Assembly (NCBI GenBank): GCA_016789955.1 | Contig: JAEUPB010000004.1 | Location: forward strand, 22,141-86,140 | Length of the DNA: 64,000 nucleotides | DNA from: Rubrivivax sp. | GTDB taxonomy: Bacteria > Pseudomonadota > Gammaproteobacteria > Burkholderiales > Burkholderiaceae_C | Direction: 5' to 3' | Program-made: the position numbers and the translations under genes | Notes under the pieces: model-generated | The model's input: only the letters and a program-made list of their open reading frames with translations | Database searches by the model: none | What the model was told of the DNA's origin: nothing | Shown: one piece after another, positions 29,901-39,110 of the stretch | How the letters are laid out: every line of letters begins with the position of its first letter | Position numbering within the stretch: the first letter of the stretch is position 1

Positions 29901-30058
29901 TCGCCTGCGCGGGACGCGATCCCGCCGCCGCGCGGGAGCATCTGCAGGCGGCCGAGACGGCCGCACGCGAACTGGGTGCCGGCGACACCTCACCGCTGGG
30001 CCAGGACCTGGCCGCGCTGCGCCAGGCGCTGGCGGCCTCCGGTGCACCCGATGCCTGA
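26987..30058 (+). CDS. Class III cyclase-like + STAND/NB-ARC-like ATPase + TPR protein
   Basis: LFTDVVDST; Walker A GSGGTGKT; Walker B LVILDNFEQ; GLPLAIELAAAR; C-terminal TPRs. GTG start inferred. Confidence 0.85.
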   Translation: MPTETVQALLFTDVVDSTAMVQRLGPEAAATVWAEHDRHARALMSRHGGREIDRSDGFLLLFDDATSAARFADGYHRALAAMGLTARVGLHVGRVSLRRNEADAIARGAKPLEVDGLAKPVAARLMALAPGGRTLLSAAAREALHDVPPGQALTAHGHYRLKGVDDPLGVHEIGPAVGPRDPPPDNDKAYRVVRVDEDWMPVREVRHNLAPERDAFVGRARELRELGDRLAGGQRLLTVLGSGGTGKTRLVRRYARAWLGEWPGGVTFCDLSDARDVGGICAAAASALGVSLGRDDPVAQIGHVLERRGRNLVILDNFEQVAADAAATLGLWADRAFDATFVVTSRERLHLAGEQTLLLDPLPMDGDAIDLFAVRARAQRAGFELDPCRHDVARIVQLLDGLPLAIELAAARVRILSPAQILQRLSDRFVLLAGARGATARQTTLRAAIDWSWELLAPWEQSALAQCSVFDGGFTLAAAEAVLDLAPWADAPTALDVVQALVDKSLLRTWHPGGGRVDIAEPFFGMYMSIHQYASQRLAQAGPGAVRSAEAAHGRHYAELGTDACVDTLFGHGGIERRRARELELPNVRAACERAAARGDAEAAVLAWVAAWQVLEQRGPYALAHRLGVAVSALSGLTDAQQARASLTLGTVCWRMGLLEESQRALDCAMEAAVRTGDGRRIAAAYGQLGALRRVQGRYREGLELIAEALARFRALRLPGRVAWALGAVANLQMDLGDLEQARTHFEQALALEREHGDRAMAAVDTANLGSVLLQVGRYAEARELLEEGVKLLRDSGNLRELALAHNALGNIGVDTGRYADAETHFDVALRCARDVGVRQYEAILLGNKANSVDAVGRPDEAKVLHEAALALQRDIGAVRSVGLTLGNLAELAIRQGRLDEAEAQLDEAMAIHVAQGNRKFEGYAWWHRAELALRRSLIDDACRCADAATLALNEASDAINLARLRCLRGRIACAGRDPAAAREHLQAAETAARELGAGDTSPLGQDLAALRQALAASGAPDA

Positions 30059-30062
30059 GCGC

Positions 30063-30629
30063 TCAGCCCTTCATCCGCCCCACCGCGCCGATCCACCGCT
30101 GCAGCGCCGCCATCTGGTCGGTGACGAACTTGCGCGTGGTCTCGTCGGTGCATTTCCCGCTGCCGGCGTCGAACTTGCCCGCGGCCATGCCGATGAACAC
30201 CTCGGGCTTGGTCAGCACCATCGCATTGAGGAACAGCATCACCTTGCGCAGGTCGTACTGCACGCGCGCGCCGCCCACCGGGCCGGGCGACGCGGTGAGG
30301 ATCGCCACCGGCTTCAGCGCCCAGGGCTGGTCTTCGCCGCGGCTCAGCCAGTCGAGCACGTTCTTGATGCCGCCGGGGATCGAGAAGTTGTATTCGGGCG
30401 TGGCGATCACCACCGCGTCGGCACGGCGGATGCGCTCGCGCAGCGCGTGCACCACGGGCGGCAGGCCCTGGGCGAACACGTCGCCATCGAACACCGGCAC
30501 GTCGCGCCAGTCCAGGATGTCCAGCGCCATGCCCTGCGGCATGCACTCGCCGGCGAGGCGCAGCGCCATGCGGTTGATGGAGGCGGCGCGCAGGCTGCCG
30601 CAGAGGCCGACGATGTCGAGTGTGCTCAT
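30063..30629 (-). CDS. NAD(P)H-dependent FMN reductase (ChrR/SsuE family)
   Basis: GSLRAASIN, TPEYNFSIPGGIKNVLDWLSR. Confidence 0.9.
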   Translation of the reverse strand: MSTLDIVGLCGSLRAASINRMALRLAGECMPQGMALDILDWRDVPVFDGDVFAQGLPPVVHALRERIRRADAVVIATPEYNFSIPGGIKNVLDWLSRGEDQPWALKPVAILTASPGPVGGARVQYDLRKVMLFLNAMVLTKPEVFIGMAAGKFDAGSGKCTDETTRKFVTDQMAALQRWIGAVGRMKG

Positions 30630-31540
30630 GAGGTGGGTGTTGGTGGAAGGATCGACGCCGCCCGGGCGTCGCGGATGACGACGGCGTAATCATCGCCGCC
30701 CTCGCCGGATCGGGCCGCGAGGTCGAGCGCGCGGGCGGCCACGTCGGCCACCGGCGTGGCCACGCCGACCTGGGCAGCGGCCTCGCGGATCAGCGCCACG
30801 TCCTTGCGCATCTGCTCGACGGTGAAGGTGGGCGTGTAGTCGTGCGCTCGCAGCGCGGGCGCCTTGGCCCTGACGATGGGCGACGCGGCGGCGCTGGCCT
30901 CGATCACCTGCCACAGCTGCGACCACTCGAGGCCGCCGCGCTCACCCAGCGCCAGTGCCTCGGCCAGCATCGTGCTGGTGCCGACGATGAGCAGGTTGAC
31001 GACAAGCTTGGCGATGCGCGACTCCTCGCCCGGGCCCAGCCACGCGCGCTGCGGGCCCCAGCAGGCGAGCAGCCCGACGCACGCGTCGTACGCGCCGCGG
31101 TCGCCCGACGCATAGACGCTCAGCTGGGCGCGCTCGGCCATCGAGGCGTTGCCCGACACCGGCGCGCGCAGCAGCGCCACGCCGCGCGCCTCGGCCCGGG
31201 CGGCGGCCTGGGCCGACGCGGCCGGCGACACGGTGCTGGTGTCGATCCACGTCGCGCCCGGCGGGGCCGCGGCAGCGATCACCGCGCCCACCGCGAGCAC
31301 CGCGGCATCGTCGGGCAGCGACGTGGCGATCACCGCCCCAGGCCCGTCGAGCAGGTCATCGTGCAGCGCCCGCGCCAGGTCGTCGGACACTGCCAGCCCG
31401 CGCTCGCGTGCCAATGCGCGGCGCGCCGGCGAGGGATCGACCGCCAGCACGCGGTGACCGGCCGCGGCCAGGTGCGCAGCCATCGGCAGGCCCATCTTGC
31501 CGATGCCGGCGAACACGATGCAGCGCTGGGCGGGGGTCAT
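30626..31540 (-). CDS. 3-hydroxyisobutyrate dehydrogenase family oxidoreductase
   Basis: GIGKMGLPMA, DTSTVSP, APVSG, AKLVVN. Confidence 0.88.
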   Translation of the reverse strand: MTPAQRCIVFAGIGKMGLPMAAHLAAAGHRVLAVDPSPARRALARERGLAVSDDLARALHDDLLDGPGAVIATSLPDDAAVLAVGAVIAAAAPPGATWIDTSTVSPAASAQAAARAEARGVALLRAPVSGNASMAERAQLSVYASGDRGAYDACVGLLACWGPQRAWLGPGEESRIAKLVVNLLIVGTSTMLAEALALGERGGLEWSQLWQVIEASAAASPIVRAKAPALRAHDYTPTFTVEQMRKDVALIREAAAQVGVATPVADVAARALDLAARSGEGGDDYAVVIRDARAASILPPTPTS

Positions 31541-31572
31541 GGGGAACCGTTCATGCGAGGTTCGTGCGCCCG

Positions 31573-32538
31573 TCACTGCGCCTTCAGGTCCGCGGCCCTG
31601 GCCACGCGGGCCGCCACCTCGACCTCGGTGCGCAGGAAGGCGTTGAATTCGGCGCTGGGCATCACCATCGGCTCGGCACCCAGCTTGGCGAGCTTGTCGA
31701 CCAGCTCCGGCTGTGCCAGCGCCTTGGCCGCCTCCTGCTGCAGCCGCGCCACCGCCGCCGCGGGCGTGGCGGCGGGCACGACGAGCGCCACCCAGAACGT
31801 GTAGTCGGAGCCGGGTACGCCGGCCTCCACGGTGGTGGGCACGTCGGGCAGCAATGCGCTGCGGCGCGCGGTGCTCACGGCCAATGCCTGAAGCTTGCCG
31901 TCGCGGATCAGCGACAGCGCCGAGGACAGCGGCGCGAAGAACCAGTCGCTGCGCCCGCCCACCACGTCGGTCATCGCCTCGGGCGTGCCCTTGAACGGCA
32001 CGTGCACGGCGTTGAGGCCAGCCTGCAGGCGGAACTTCTCGGCGTTGAAGTGCGTGGCGCTGCCCACGCCCGCCGACGCGTAGTTCAGCGCGCCGGGCCT
32101 GGCCTTGGCGGCGGCCACCAGGTCGGCCACGCTCTTCCAGCCGCGCGCCGGGCTGACCACCAGCACATTGGGCATCGCGACGATCGGCGTCACGCCGGTC
32201 AGGTCCTTCAGCGTGTCGTAGGCCAGGTTGGGGTACAGCGCGGGGTTCACGGCATGGCCCGACGAGGGCACGAGCACCGTGTGCCCGTCGGACTCGCCCT
32301 TGGCCACCGCCGCGGCGGCGATGGTCCCTCCGGCACCGGGCCGGTTCTCGATCACCACCGGCTGCCCGAGCCCGCGTGCCATCACCTCGCCCACGGCACG
32401 TGCCGCGATGTCGGTGCCGCTGCCGGCCGAGAACGGCACGACGAAGCGCACCGGCTTGGTCGGAAAGGCCTGCTGCGCGTGCACCGGCGTCGCGAACACG
32501 GCGGCAGCCAGCACGACGGCGGCCCAGGGAGTGTGCAT
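31573..32538 (-). CDS. Bug/TctC tripartite tricarboxylate transporter receptor
   Basis: PFSAGSGTD, ENRPGAGG, HVPFKG. Confidence 0.92.
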   Translation of the reverse strand: MHTPWAAVVLAAAVFATPVHAQQAFPTKPVRFVVPFSAGSGTDIAARAVGEVMARGLGQPVVIENRPGAGGTIAAAAVAKGESDGHTVLVPSSGHAVNPALYPNLAYDTLKDLTGVTPIVAMPNVLVVSPARGWKSVADLVAAAKARPGALNYASAGVGSATHFNAEKFRLQAGLNAVHVPFKGTPEAMTDVVGGRSDWFFAPLSSALSLIRDGKLQALAVSTARRSALLPDVPTTVEAGVPGSDYTFWVALVVPAATPAAAVARLQQEAAKALAQPELVDKLAKLGAEPMVMPSAEFNAFLRTEVEVAARVARAADLKAQ

Positions 32539-32559
32539 CGGATGTCTCCTTGTAGGTGT

Positions 32560-33900
32560 TCAGGCCAGGCCCAGGGCGCCGACGATCTTGCGGCCCGACG
32601 CGTTCAGTCGCTCGAGGATCGGCGCGAGATCCACGTCCGCCAGCCGGCCGTGCCGCTTCTTCCAGCGCCCGGCCACCATCACGCTGTCCACGTGTGCGCG
32701 GCAGGCCTGGAACACGACCGCGGCCACCGGGTCGTGCAGTGGCTGCATGTCCAGCGTGTCGGCGCGCAGCAGCACGAGGTCGGCCTGCTTGCCGGGGGCC
32801 AGCGTGCCGATGCGGTCGAGCTGCCCGAGCATGCGCGCGCCTTCCACGGTCACCCACGACAGCGCCTCGATCGCGGGGATCGTGCTGGTGGGCGGGATGC
32901 TGCCGTGCGCGGCGCGGTGCGCGGCGTTGTCCAGCGTGCGCTGCATGCCCAGCGCCACGCGGGCCTGCGTCAGCATGTCGCCCGACAGCACGCTCTCGAG
33001 ATCGGTGCCCAGCGACGGCGCGCGGCCCAGCGCGCGCAGCCGCCCGGTGAGCGGGTGGCCGTGGCCTTGCGACATCTCGCTCTCGGCCGCGGCCGAGAAG
33101 CTCATGCCCAGTGCGCAGAAGCGTGCGAGCTGCGCGTCGTCCAGCGCATGGCCATGCACGATGTTGACGTGCGGGCCCAGCAGCCCCTCGCGCTCGAGCA
33201 CCTGCCAGCCGTCGGGCGTGCGCGCCGGCCCGCCGCCCTGGTGCAGCGACGCGATGACGCCGAGCTCGCGCGCCATGCGGAAATCGTGCAGCGCCACGTC
33301 CAGCGTCGAGTAGTGCGGGCCCAGCACCGCGGCGTGCACCGTCAGCAGCGGCCGGCCCTGGTGCGCCTTCAGCAGCCGCCCGAGCTCCGCGCGGGGGTGC
33401 GGCACTTCCCAGAACGGCGTCTCGCCGGGCTTGGGGTCGGGCTTGGGCGTGCCGTGGAAGAACGCGGCGCGGATGCCGCTGCGCAGCAGCGCGTCGACGG
33501 CCGCGTCGTTGTGCGCCGGCGTGCGGTTGTTGTGGCACCAGTCGACCAGCGTCGTGGTGCCGGCGTCGAGCTGGTTCAGCGCGCCGGCGAGCGTGGCGAT
33601 GTGCAGGTCCTCCGGCTCGAACACCGTGGCGAGGCCCGCGTGCATCTTGCGGAAGTACTCCGGCAGCGTCCAGTTCGCGGCCACGCCGCGCAGGGCGGTC
33701 TGCCAGGTGTGGTGGTGGGCGTTGACCAGGCCGGGGATGACGATGCAGCCGGTGGCGGCGACCACCTCGGCGTCGTCGGCCACGATGTGCGGCGCGACCT
33801 CCACGACGCGGTCGTCCTGCACCAGCACGTCGCCCGGGCGCAGCACGCCCTTCGCGTCCATCGTGACGACGATGCCGCCGCGGATCAGCGTGCGTGACAT
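32560..33900 (-). CDS. Amidohydrolase (SsnA/deaminase-like)
   Basis: PGLVNAHHH, SLGTD, GTLAPGKQADL. Confidence 0.9.
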   Translation of the reverse strand: MSRTLIRGGIVVTMDAKGVLRPGDVLVQDDRVVEVAPHIVADDAEVVAATGCIVIPGLVNAHHHTWQTALRGVAANWTLPEYFRKMHAGLATVFEPEDLHIATLAGALNQLDAGTTTLVDWCHNNRTPAHNDAAVDALLRSGIRAAFFHGTPKPDPKPGETPFWEVPHPRAELGRLLKAHQGRPLLTVHAAVLGPHYSTLDVALHDFRMARELGVIASLHQGGGPARTPDGWQVLEREGLLGPHVNIVHGHALDDAQLARFCALGMSFSAAAESEMSQGHGHPLTGRLRALGRAPSLGTDLESVLSGDMLTQARVALGMQRTLDNAAHRAAHGSIPPTSTIPAIEALSWVTVEGARMLGQLDRIGTLAPGKQADLVLLRADTLDMQPLHDPVAAVVFQACRAHVDSVMVAGRWKKRHGRLADVDLAPILERLNASGRKIVGALGLA

Positions 33901-34832
33901 CAGCTCGACAACCCGTCGTCGACCTTCACGTTCTCGGGCACGAGCGCGAGGCCCGCGTCGGCGGCCAGCTCCTGCAGCAGGATCGCGAAGTCCACCTGGT
34001 CATGGCCGCGGCCCACCAGCCGCGAGATCGATTCGCGCGTGGCCGCCGCGGCAGGCATCGCCACGCCCTGCGCCTTCGCGGCGCCCAGGCCGAGGTCCAT
34101 GTCCTTCAGCAGCAGCTTGGGCGTGAACGTCACCTGGTCGAAGGTGAGGTTGGTCAGCACCGGCGACTTGTAGCGCGTGTACATGCTGCCCAGCACCGAG
34201 TCGTTGATGCTCTGCAGGAACACGTGGCGCGGGATGCCCGCCTTCTCGGCGAGCACGGTGATCTCGCACAGGCTCTGGATGATCACGCCGAACATCGTGT
34301 TGTGCGCGATCTTCCAGACCCGCGCCAGCTCGCCCTCGCCCACCCACATCACCTGCCGGCCCATCGCGCGCAGCAGGGCCTCGCAGGCGTCGTACTCGGC
34401 CCTCGGGCCGGAGGCCACGATCAGCAGCTTGCCGGCCTTGGCCACCTTCGCATTGCCCGACACCGGCGCGCACAGGTAGGCCACGCCCAGCGCCTCGAGC
34501 TTCGCGCGGATCTCGGCCGAACCCTCCTGCGAGATCGACGAGCTGTCGACCACGCGCTTCGGCCTGGCGCCGCCGGTGACGAGCCCCCCCTCGCCGAACA
34601 GCACCTGCTTCAGGTCGTCGGTGGTCGAGACCATCGTGAACACGCTGTCGCAGGCGGCGAGGTCGAGCTTGCGCTCGACGATGGTGGCGCCGTAGTTCGC
34701 CAGCGGCAGCGCCTTCTCGCGCGTGCGGTTCCACACCTGCACGCGGTGGCCAGCGGCGGTGAGCTTCTTCACCATCGCCTCGCCCATGCGGCCGAGGCCT
34801 ATCCAGCCGATGGTGGGGGTCGGAGTCGTCAT
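33900..34832 (-). CDS. 3-hydroxyisobutyrate/6PG dehydrogenase family oxidoreductase
   Basis: GWIGLGRMG, WNRT, APVSGN, KIAHN, KDMDLG. Confidence 0.9.
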   Translation of the reverse strand: MTTPTPTIGWIGLGRMGEAMVKKLTAAGHRVQVWNRTREKALPLANYGATIVERKLDLAACDSVFTMVSTTDDLKQVLFGEGGLVTGGARPKRVVDSSSISQEGSAEIRAKLEALGVAYLCAPVSGNAKVAKAGKLLIVASGPRAEYDACEALLRAMGRQVMWVGEGELARVWKIAHNTMFGVIIQSLCEITVLAEKAGIPRHVFLQSINDSVLGSMYTRYKSPVLTNLTFDQVTFTPKLLLKDMDLGLGAAKAQGVAMPAAAATRESISRLVGRGHDQVDFAILLQELAADAGLALVPENVKVDDGLSS

Positions 34833-34861
34833 CGAAGGTCCTTGGTCTGCCTGTGCGGGCG

Positions 34862-35842
34862 TCAGTCGACCTGCGCGCCCGAGCGCTTCACGCCTTCGGC
34901 CCAGCGCTGCACTTCGGCCTGCGCAAAGGCGGTGAGTTCGGCCGGCGCGAGCGTGCGCGCCTCGATGCCGAGTTCGCCGAGTTTGGCCGCCACGTCGGGC
35001 CGTGCCAGCGCCTTCTGCAGCGCGTCGCGCAGCTTCGTCATCACCGGTTCGGGCGTGCGGGCCGGGGCGTACAGCATGAACCACGCGACGAGGTCGAAGT
35101 CGGCCACGCCCAGTTCCTGCAGCGCCGGCACGTCGGGCGCCGCGGCGCTGCGGCGCGCGCTGGACGCACCGATCGCCCGCAGCTTGCCGCTCTTCATGTG
35201 CGGCAGCACGGCAGCGGGGTGATAGAACATGTAGCCGACCTGCGCCGACATCACGTCGGTCAGCGCCTGCCCGCCCTGGTTGTAGGGCACGTGCACCATC
35301 TGCCCGCCCAGGCGCGCGCCGAGCAGTTCGCCGGCCAGGTGCCCCGAGGTGCCGTTGCCCGCCGAGGCGAACGTCAGGCCGCCCGTCTTCGCCGCCTGCG
35401 CCTTCACGTCGGCCAGCGTCTTCAGCGGCGAGCCGGCGGCCACCACCAGCAGCGTGGGCGTGTAGCCGACGAAGCCCACCGGCACGAAGTCGCGCAGCGC
35501 GTCGTACGGCAGCTTGCGGTAGAGCGTCGGGTTGATCGCGTGCGTGCCCACGGTGCCCATCAGCAGCGTGGCGCCATCGGGCGCGGCCTTGGCGACGAGG
35601 TCGCTGCCCACGGTGCCGCCGGCGCCGGGCTTGTTCTCGACGACGACGTTCTGCGCGAGCGCGCCGCCCATCGCCTCGCCGACGAGCCGGCTGACGATGT
35701 CGGTGGTGGTGCCGGCAGCGAAAGGCACCACCAGGCGCAGCGGCGCGCCGCCCTGAGCGCACACGGCCGTGGTGGCGAAAGCGCCGGCAGCGGCCAGCGC
35801 CGCGAGCGCGAGCCCGCGCCGCAACGTGTGTCGACGGTTCAT
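34862..35842 (-). CDS. Bug/TctC receptor
   Basis: PFAAGTTTD, ENKPGAGG, HVPY. Confidence 0.92.
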   Translation of the reverse strand: MNRRHTLRRGLALAALAAAGAFATTAVCAQGGAPLRLVVPFAAGTTTDIVSRLVGEAMGGALAQNVVVENKPGAGGTVGSDLVAKAAPDGATLLMGTVGTHAINPTLYRKLPYDALRDFVPVGFVGYTPTLLVVAAGSPLKTLADVKAQAAKTGGLTFASAGNGTSGHLAGELLGARLGGQMVHVPYNQGGQALTDVMSAQVGYMFYHPAAVLPHMKSGKLRAIGASSARRSAAAPDVPALQELGVADFDLVAWFMLYAPARTPEPVMTKLRDALQKALARPDVAAKLGELGIEARTLAPAELTAFAQAEVQRWAEGVKRSGAQVD

Positions 35843-37032
35843 GTGGCGGTCCTTCCCGAGTTGCCCTCGCCATCGCGCGGCGCCCAGCCCGTGCGCAGCG
35901 CCTCGTTGTGCTGCCCGAGCAGCGGCGGCGCGGTCACGCCCAGCGCCCGCTCGCCATCGAAGCTGAGCGGCGAACGCACCGTGCGCCAGGTGCCGCCGGC
36001 CGGATGCGGCGCCTCGACGAAAAGCTGCAGGTGCTGCGCCTGCGGATCGTTCGGCACCTCGTCGGTGCGGTACATCGGCGCGTGCGGCACGTCCTCGGCC
36101 ACCAGGCGGCGGCACCACTCGGCGCGGTCGTGGCGTTGGAAGATCTCGCCCAGCACCTGGATCAACTCGCCCTGGTGCTGGATGCGCGCCTCGCGCGTGG
36201 CGAAACGCGGGTCGGCGAAGAAGTCGGGCTGCTTCATCGCCCGCGCCAGACCCTGCCAGAACTTCGGCGGCGACGACATGTGCAGCGCGATCCACAGCCC
36301 GTCGCCGCACTCCAGCACGTAGCTCTGCGAAACGCTGGGCCGGCTGTACGGGCCCATCACCTCCTGCTCGGAGAACAGGTGCGTGTAGGCGTCGAGGTTG
36401 AAATGCGTCATGGCCTCGAACATCGAGACCTCCACGCGGCGGCCACCCGGCGCACCGGGGGGCGCTGCCGGTGTCGATCGGCCCCGTTCCACCAGCGCCC
36501 CGAGGATGCCGAGCGCCGCGTAGAAGCCCGTCATCGCGTCGGCGATCGCCGGCCCCACCACGCGCGGGTTGGCCGGGTTCACCAGCAGCCGCAGGAAGCC
36601 GCTGGCGGCCTGCGCCACGGTGTCGTAGCTCGGGCGCGCGGCCGAGGGCCCGTCGCGCCCCCAGCCGCTGATCGCGCAGTACACGATCTGCGGGTTCAGC
36701 TCGCGCAACCGCTCTTCGCCACAGCCGATCTCCTCGGCGAAGCCGGGGCGGAAGTTCTGGATGTAGACATCGGCCTCACACACCAGGCGGTCGAAGGCCT
36801 CGCGGTCGTCGGCCTTGCGCGTGTCCAGCTCGATGCTGCGCTTGTTGCGGTTGTAGGTCTGGAAGTGCGGACTGTAGAGGCCGCCCTTGAAGGCGCGGAA
36901 CGGGTCGCCGGCGCCGGGCAGCTCGACCTTCACGACGTCGGCGCCCAGGTCGGCCAGCAGCATGCCGGCGCAGGGGCCGGTGATGAAGGTGCCGTGCTCG
37001 AGCACGCGCACGCCCGCCAGGACTCCGCTCAT
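35839..37032 (-). CDS. CaiB/BaiF family III CoA-transferase
   Basis: DLGADVVKVE, NRNKRS, GPAIAD, PPLLGQH. Confidence 0.92.
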   Translation of the reverse strand: MSGVLAGVRVLEHGTFITGPCAGMLLADLGADVVKVELPGAGDPFRAFKGGLYSPHFQTYNRNKRSIELDTRKADDREAFDRLVCEADVYIQNFRPGFAEEIGCGEERLRELNPQIVYCAISGWGRDGPSAARPSYDTVAQAASGFLRLLVNPANPRVVGPAIADAMTGFYAALGILGALVERGRSTPAAPPGAPGGRRVEVSMFEAMTHFNLDAYTHLFSEQEVMGPYSRPSVSQSYVLECGDGLWIALHMSSPPKFWQGLARAMKQPDFFADPRFATREARIQHQGELIQVLGEIFQRHDRAEWCRRLVAEDVPHAPMYRTDEVPNDPQAQHLQLFVEAPHPAGGTWRTVRSPLSFDGERALGVTAPPLLGQHNEALRTGWAPRDGEGNSGRTAT

Positions 37033-37850
37033 CCGCGCCCCGCCTTCTTCATCGTCACGCCCTTGGGCAGCTCGCCGGTGTAGACCTGCTCGCGCGTGGC
37101 CTGGTACGAGAGTGCGAAGCCGATCGGCCGCTGCATCTCCTCGGTGAGGTGGGCGATGAGGCCCGCCGTGCGCGCGAGGATGGGCACGCCGCGCAAGGCG
37201 TCGGCCGGGAAGCCCACGTCGAGCAGCACCGCCGGGATCGCCGCCGAGACGTTGAGCCGCAGGTCGCGGCCCGTGAGGTCCGGCAGCACGCGCTCCACCG
37301 CCTCGGCGATGGCCACGAAGTGCCCCGCGGTGCCGGCCTCGCGGCCGACCTCGAACAGGCGCGCCACGCGCGGATCGCGCTCCTTGTGCTGCGGGTGGCC
37401 GTAGCCGGGGATCGCGCGCTTCGCGGCGCGCAGCTCGCGCACGATGTCGGCCGCGGCCGCGTCGAGCGTCACGCCCTGCTCCTTCGCACGCGCGTCGATG
37501 CGCAGGAAGAGCCGGCCGGCATCTTCCGACGCCCCCAGGATCACCGAGCCGCAGCCGAGGATGCCGGCGGCCACGGCACCCTGCAGCGCGTCGGGCGCCG
37601 CGGCCAGCGTCATGCGGCTCGCCTGCACGCTGGGCACGAGGCCATGCTCGGTGATCGCCACCAGCGTCGCTTCCAGCACGCGGCTGGCCTTGGCATCGGG
37701 CCGCTGCCCGGTGACGAGCAGCCAGAAGTAGTCGCTGAACGAGACCTTGCCGATCAGGTCGCGGCACAGGTCGGCGCCGCGCACGACGATGGTCTCGTCG
37801 TCGCTGGTGCAGATCGCGCTCTCGGGGACGGTGGCCTTGCCGATCTTCAT
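37029..37850 (-). CDS. Citryl-CoA lyase / short citrate-synthase-like protein
   Basis: EHGLVPS, PGYGHPQH..DPR, ARTAGLIAH. Confidence 0.85.
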   Translation of the reverse strand: MKIGKATVPESAICTSDDETIVVRGADLCRDLIGKVSFSDYFWLLVTGQRPDAKASRVLEATLVAITEHGLVPSVQASRMTLAAAPDALQGAVAAGILGCGSVILGASEDAGRLFLRIDARAKEQGVTLDAAAADIVRELRAAKRAIPGYGHPQHKERDPRVARLFEVGREAGTAGHFVAIAEAVERVLPDLTGRDLRLNVSAAIPAVLLDVGFPADALRGVPILARTAGLIAHLTEEMQRPIGFALSYQATREQVYTGELPKGVTMKKAGRG

Positions 37851-37863
37851 GCCGGGCTCCTGC

Positions 37864-38763
37864 TCAGGCCGCCGCGGGCGCGAGCGCGAAGTCGTAGTGC
37901 GCCGTGTGGTACGCCTGCTTCATCACGCGCCCGTCGGGCGCCGTGCCGGGCGCGTGCTTGTCGTACGGCACGATCAGGCTGTCGCGCACGCCGAACACCG
38001 CGTCGGAATCCAGGTACGGGCTGTCGGCGGCGAACAGGTGCGTGGTCAGCGGCACGTGGCCCTTGGCGTAGACCATCATGTGCACGTGGCCGGGCCGGTT
38101 CGGGTGTCGCCCCATCGCGCGCAGCATGTCGCCCACCGGGCCGTCTGCCGGCACCGGGTAGTAGGTCGGCTTGATCGACCAGAAGCGGTAGCCGCCCTGC
38201 TCGTCGGTGTAGAAGCGCGCGCGCAGCCGCATGCCGGCCTCATCGCCGAGCTGCATGTCGTAGACGCCCTCGCCGTCGCCCGACCACACGTCCACGCAGC
38301 AGTTCGCCAGCGCGCGGCCATGCGTGTCGGTGACGCGGCCGCTGTAGTACGCGGGCTCGCCGGGCATGCCTTCGCCGATGTCGCTGCCCAGCGGCAGCAC
38401 CGGCGAGCCTTCCCAGTAGAACGGGCCCTGAACGGTGGCCTCGGTGGGCTTCTGCGTGGCCGTGGCATCGGCCAGCGCGGCGGCCGAGCGGCGCGCCTGC
38501 TCCAGCGCCACGACGAGCATCGAAATGCCCAGCGTGTCGGAGAGCAGGATGAACTCCTGGCGCTTGTCGTCGCAGGTCTGGCCGACGCGGGTGAGGAACT
38601 GGATCGCGCTCATCCACTCGTCGGGTTTCAGGTCCACCTCGCGGATCAGCGCGTGCGCATGCTGCACCACGGCGGTGAGGATCTGCGTGAAGCGCGGGTC
38701 GGCGTTCGGGTCGATGCGGTCGAGCACGGCCTGGGTGAGGTCGGCGGTCTGGTGCTGGGTCAT
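37864..38763 (-). CDS. Intradiol ring-cleavage dioxygenase (hydroxyquinol/catechol 1,2-dioxygenase family)
   Basis: RQEFILLSDTLG, GPFY, GVYD, YYPVP.DGPVG, RPGHVH (all four Fe ligands present). Confidence 0.92.
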   Translation of the reverse strand: MTQHQTADLTQAVLDRIDPNADPRFTQILTAVVQHAHALIREVDLKPDEWMSAIQFLTRVGQTCDDKRQEFILLSDTLGISMLVVALEQARRSAAALADATATQKPTEATVQGPFYWEGSPVLPLGSDIGEGMPGEPAYYSGRVTDTHGRALANCCVDVWSGDGEGVYDMQLGDEAGMRLRARFYTDEQGGYRFWSIKPTYYPVPADGPVGDMLRAMGRHPNRPGHVHMMVYAKGHVPLTTHLFAADSPYLDSDAVFGVRDSLIVPYDKHAPGTAPDGRVMKQAYHTAHYDFALAPAAA

Positions 38764-39110
38764 GCGAGGCTCCTCGAAGTGGCCGGTGAGGCGGCGGCGC
38801 GGACCAGGGGGTCCACGGGATAGTCGACCTGGTGCCGCTCGGTGCGCAGGTCGGCCAGCGCGCGTCGGACGCGCAGGTGTTCGGGATGCTCGGCGTAGGC
38901 GGCCAACGCCTCGCGCGAGTCGAAGTCGGTGACGAGCACCACGTCACAGGCGTAGTCGACGCGGCTCTCGTCCAGGCCCACCTCCAGGTGCAGCAGCCCG
39001 GGCACGCGGCCGATCAGCGACTCGAACTCGCGCTTCACGCGCGCGGCGTTGGCCGCCCGCGTGGGCTCGTCGTCACCGCGCACACGCCACATCACGATGT
39101 GCCGGATCAT
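38760..39110 (-). CDS. Dabb (stress-responsive A/B barrel) protein
   Basis: MIRHIVMW, AYAEHPEH, VDY. Confidence 0.85.
   Translation of the reverse strand: MIRHIVMWRVRGDDEPTRAANAARVKREFESLIGRVPGLLHLEVGLDESRVDYACDVVLVTDFDSREALAAYAEHPEHLRVRRALADLRTERHQVDYPVDPLVRAAASPATSRSLA

Noticed and set aside
26870-29941. 1023-aa minus-strand ORF, and the many other long overlapping ORFs in the track
   Set aside because: Stop-poor alternative frames expected at very high GC; they have no motifs and overlap well-supported genes.
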